Source: Trueperaceae bacterium (GTDB lineage Bacteria > Deinococcota > Deinococci > Deinococcales > Trueperaceae). From it: 42,529 bases of DNA. The position numbers and the translations under genes are program-made. The notes under the pieces were generated by a model. It was not told the origin of the DNA and searched no databases. It saw only the letters and a list, made by a program, of their open reading frames with translations. Where the stretch lies: contig JBBDRK010000030.1 in assembly GCA_040905465.1 (NCBI GenBank), positions 1-42,529 of the forward strand. Direction: 5' to 3'. Position 1 is the first letter of the stretch. Each line of letters opens with the position of its first letter. Below, piece after piece: positions 40,414 to 42,529 of the stretch.

Positions 40414-42201
40414 ATGAGCGCCAAGATCCAAGCCCCCAGCTGGCAAAACTTTCGACGGTTCGGAGCGTATCTCAAGCCCTACATCGGACATTTGGCACTC
40501 GCCAGCTTCGGCGGCATCGTCAAATTCAGCATTCCGCTGCTGGTGCCGCTGGCGACTCGCTACCTGCTCGACGAGGTGTTCCTCAGCGACCAGTTGACTC
40601 ATGGCGAGAAGCTCCGGCAGCTGTGGCTGGTTGCGGGCGGCCTGATCGCGATGTTCGTACTCTTCTGGGCACCGTGGGTGTTCGTGCGTCACGTCTACGC
40701 AGGCATGGCCGCGCAACGCACCGTCTTCGATCTGCGCAGCAGCCTCTACTATCACATCCTGCGCATGTCGGCCTCCTTCTTCACGCGTCACAAGTCCGGC
40801 TCGATAGTCACCCGTATCACCTACGACATAGAGCAGGTTCAGAATCTCGTCGGCGGCGCTCTCACCAACGTATGGATGGATATCGTCTCGCTGGCGCTGG
40901 TCATCATCCTGCTGCTGCAGATCGACGTGGGGCTCACTCTCGTCGCGCTGATCACCTTCCCTCCCTACCTATTCTTCTTCCGCCGCTTCAACCGCCGAAT
41001 ACGCGAGACCTCCGAAGACGTACAGCAGAAGGTCTCGACGCTGTCCGGGAACGTGCAGGAGAAGATCGCGGGATCGACGGTCGTGCGGGCATTCGGACGC
41101 GAGAAGACCGAGGAGCAACACTTCTACCAGGACGCCCGGCAGCTCCTCACCAGCAACCTGCGCTCAGTTCGGCTGCAAAGCCTGAACGCCCTCGTCACCG
41201 GCCTACTCACCCAGGTCGCACCGCTCGTAGTCATCCTCTACGGCGGCGCCGCCGTGATCAACGGCCGGCTCACCGTGGGCGACCTGGTGGCGGTCACGCT
41301 CTACCTGGGAGCTCTCTACCTTCCGTTGCAGCGCTTCTCGGACCTGAACGTGATCTTCGCCAACTCCAGCGCGGCCCTCGACCGGGTATTCCGGGTGATG
41401 GACGAGCAACCCGAAGTGGCGGAGAAGGCCGGCGCCCTGGAGCTGGAACGGGTAACCGGCGAGGTGGAGTTCGACGACGTCAGCTTCGCTTACGACCCCG
41501 AGACCGCCCCCGTGCTGCGCGGGGTCAGCTTCCTGGTTCGGCCCGGCGAGACGGTGGCGCTGGTCGGACCCAGCGGCTCGGGCAAGAGCACCATCATCAG
41601 CCTGATCCCGCGCTTCTACGATCCCGGAGGCGGCGTCGTGCGGGTCGACGGTCACGACCTGCGCGACGTCTCGCTGGCCTCGCTCAGGCGAAACGTTTCC
41701 ATCGTTCTGCAGAGCCCGGTGCTGTTCAGCGGCACGGTCCGAGACAACCTGTTGTACGGCAAGCCGGGCGCGAGCAACGATGACGTGGAGGCGGCATGCC
41801 TGGCCGCCAACTCCCTGGAGTTCATCGAGCAGCTGCCTCACGGTTTCGATACCGAGGTCGGCGAGGGCGGCGGCTTCCTCTCCGGGGGACAGCGCCAGCG
41901 GCTCACTATCGCCCGGGCGTTTCTCAAGGATCCCCGCATCCTCATCCTCGACGAAGCCACCTCCGCTCTCGACACCGCATCCGAGCGGCTGATCCAGGGC
42001 TCGCTCGACAAGCTGATGCAGGGCCGAACGACATTCGTCATCGCCCACCGGCTGTCGACCGTCGTCAACTCCGACCGGATAATGGTGATGCGAGCCGGCC
42101 GTGTGGTGGAGAGCGGCCGACACGCCGAGCTCATCGACCAGGGCGGACTATACTCGGAGCTTTTCAGGCAGACGGCTACAGCATCTACGGGTGCGGGCTA
42201 G
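40414..42201 (+). CDS. ABC exporter, fused permease-ATPase (MsbA/Sav1866-like)
   Basis: TM domain, then [27 protein letters not shown] and IAHRLST. Start MSAKIQ at 40414 is uncertain. Confidence 0.93.
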   Translation: MSAKIQAPSWQNFRRFGAYLKPYIGHLALASFGGIVKFSIPLLVPLATRYLLDEVFLSDQLTHGEKLRQLWLVAGGLIAMFVLFWAPWVFVRHVYAGMAAQRTVFDLRSSLYYHILRMSASFFTRHKSGSIVTRITYDIEQVQNLVGGALTNVWMDIVSLALVIILLLQIDVGLTLVALITFPPYLFFFRRFNRRIRETSEDVQQKVSTLSGNVQEKIAGSTVVRAFGREKTEEQHFYQDARQLLTSNLRSVRLQSLNALVTGLLTQVAPLVVILYGGAAVINGRLTVGDLVAVTLYLGALYLPLQRFSDLNVIFANSSAALDRVFRVMDEQPEVAEKAGALELERVTGEVEFDDVSFAYDPETAPVLRGVSFLVRPGETVALVGPSGSGKSTIISLIPRFYDPGGGVVRVDGHDLRDVSLASLRRNVSIVLQSPVLFSGTVRDNLLYGKPGASNDDVEAACLAANSLEFIEQLPHGFDTEVGEGGGFLSGGQRQRLTIARAFLKDPRILILDEATSALDTASERLIQGSLDKLMQGRTTFVIAHRLSTVVNSDRIMVMRAGRVVESGRHAELIDQGGLYSELFRQTATASTGAG

Positions 42202-42245
42202 CGGAGGCACCGGCGCGTTCCCTTCGGGATTGAACTATCCGGATT

Positions 42246-42527
42246 TCAGACCGGCTGCTCGTCCGGCAGCTGCTCGCCGCATCGGTGGCAGTAGTGGGCG
42301 GCTTCGAGATGCTCCCTCTCACCACACCTGCCGCAGGTCCGCTGCCAGTCCGGCCGGTTCCGGTCGGCACGACCGATTTCGGTAGTGACGATACCGGTGG
42401 GCACTGCGATGATCGCGTAACCGGTAACCATCAGCAGCGACGACAGGAACCGCCCCAGCGAGGACAACGGAGTGATGTCCCCGTAGCCCACGGTCGTGAG
42501 GGTGACGATCGCCCAGTACACGCTCAG
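42246..42527 (-). CDS. Voltage-gated-type K+ channel / ion transporter (3' part; runs off window end)
   Basis: YWAIVTLTTVGYGDITP selectivity filter, GYAIIAVPTGIV, C-terminal CxxC...CxxC. Confidence 0.9.
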   Translation of the reverse strand: MSVYWAIVTLTTVGYGDITPLSSLGRFLSSLLMVTGYAIIAVPTGIVTTEIGRADRNRPDWQRTCGRCGEREHLEAAHYCHRCGEQLPDEQPV

Positions 42528-42529
42528 CG

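Overview
High-GC bacterial chromosomal segment with about 40 CDS. It is probably Deinococcota (Truepera/Thermus-like), inferred from a Thermus/Streptomyces-type xylA, bshB1, an Hsp33 with an extra C-terminal Cys cluster, and many TANNNT boxes 5-7 nt before start codons. The left end holds a minus-strand run of type III PKS, methyltransferase, FAD monooxygenase and UbiA prenyltransferase, with a degenerate 30-bp tandem repeat array inside it. Upstream on the same strand lie an acyl-CoA dehydrogenase, an internally deleted SDR and IDI-2. Next come a subtilisin lipoprotein and an HD-GYP gene that appear fused tail-to-tail, a rhomboid, plsY, bshB1, an EamA transporter, hslO, and a GH13 glucosidase divergent from otsAB. 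These are followed by a RES-toxin remnant missed by the ORF track, DUF817 and Gmad2 genes, coaD, meaB, a TIM-barrel/Gfo-Idh-MocA/xylA/xylB sugar operon, holA with a Ser/Thr kinase, comEC/comEA and sodA. The right end carries a macrodomain, a YhdH-like reductase, DUF3105, a zincin, a metallophosphoesterase, aroE, ltaE, an ABC exporter and a partial K+ channel. I saw no rRNA, tRNA, CRISPR array or intact mobile element. Product calls come from motif recognition by eye; no database search was run.
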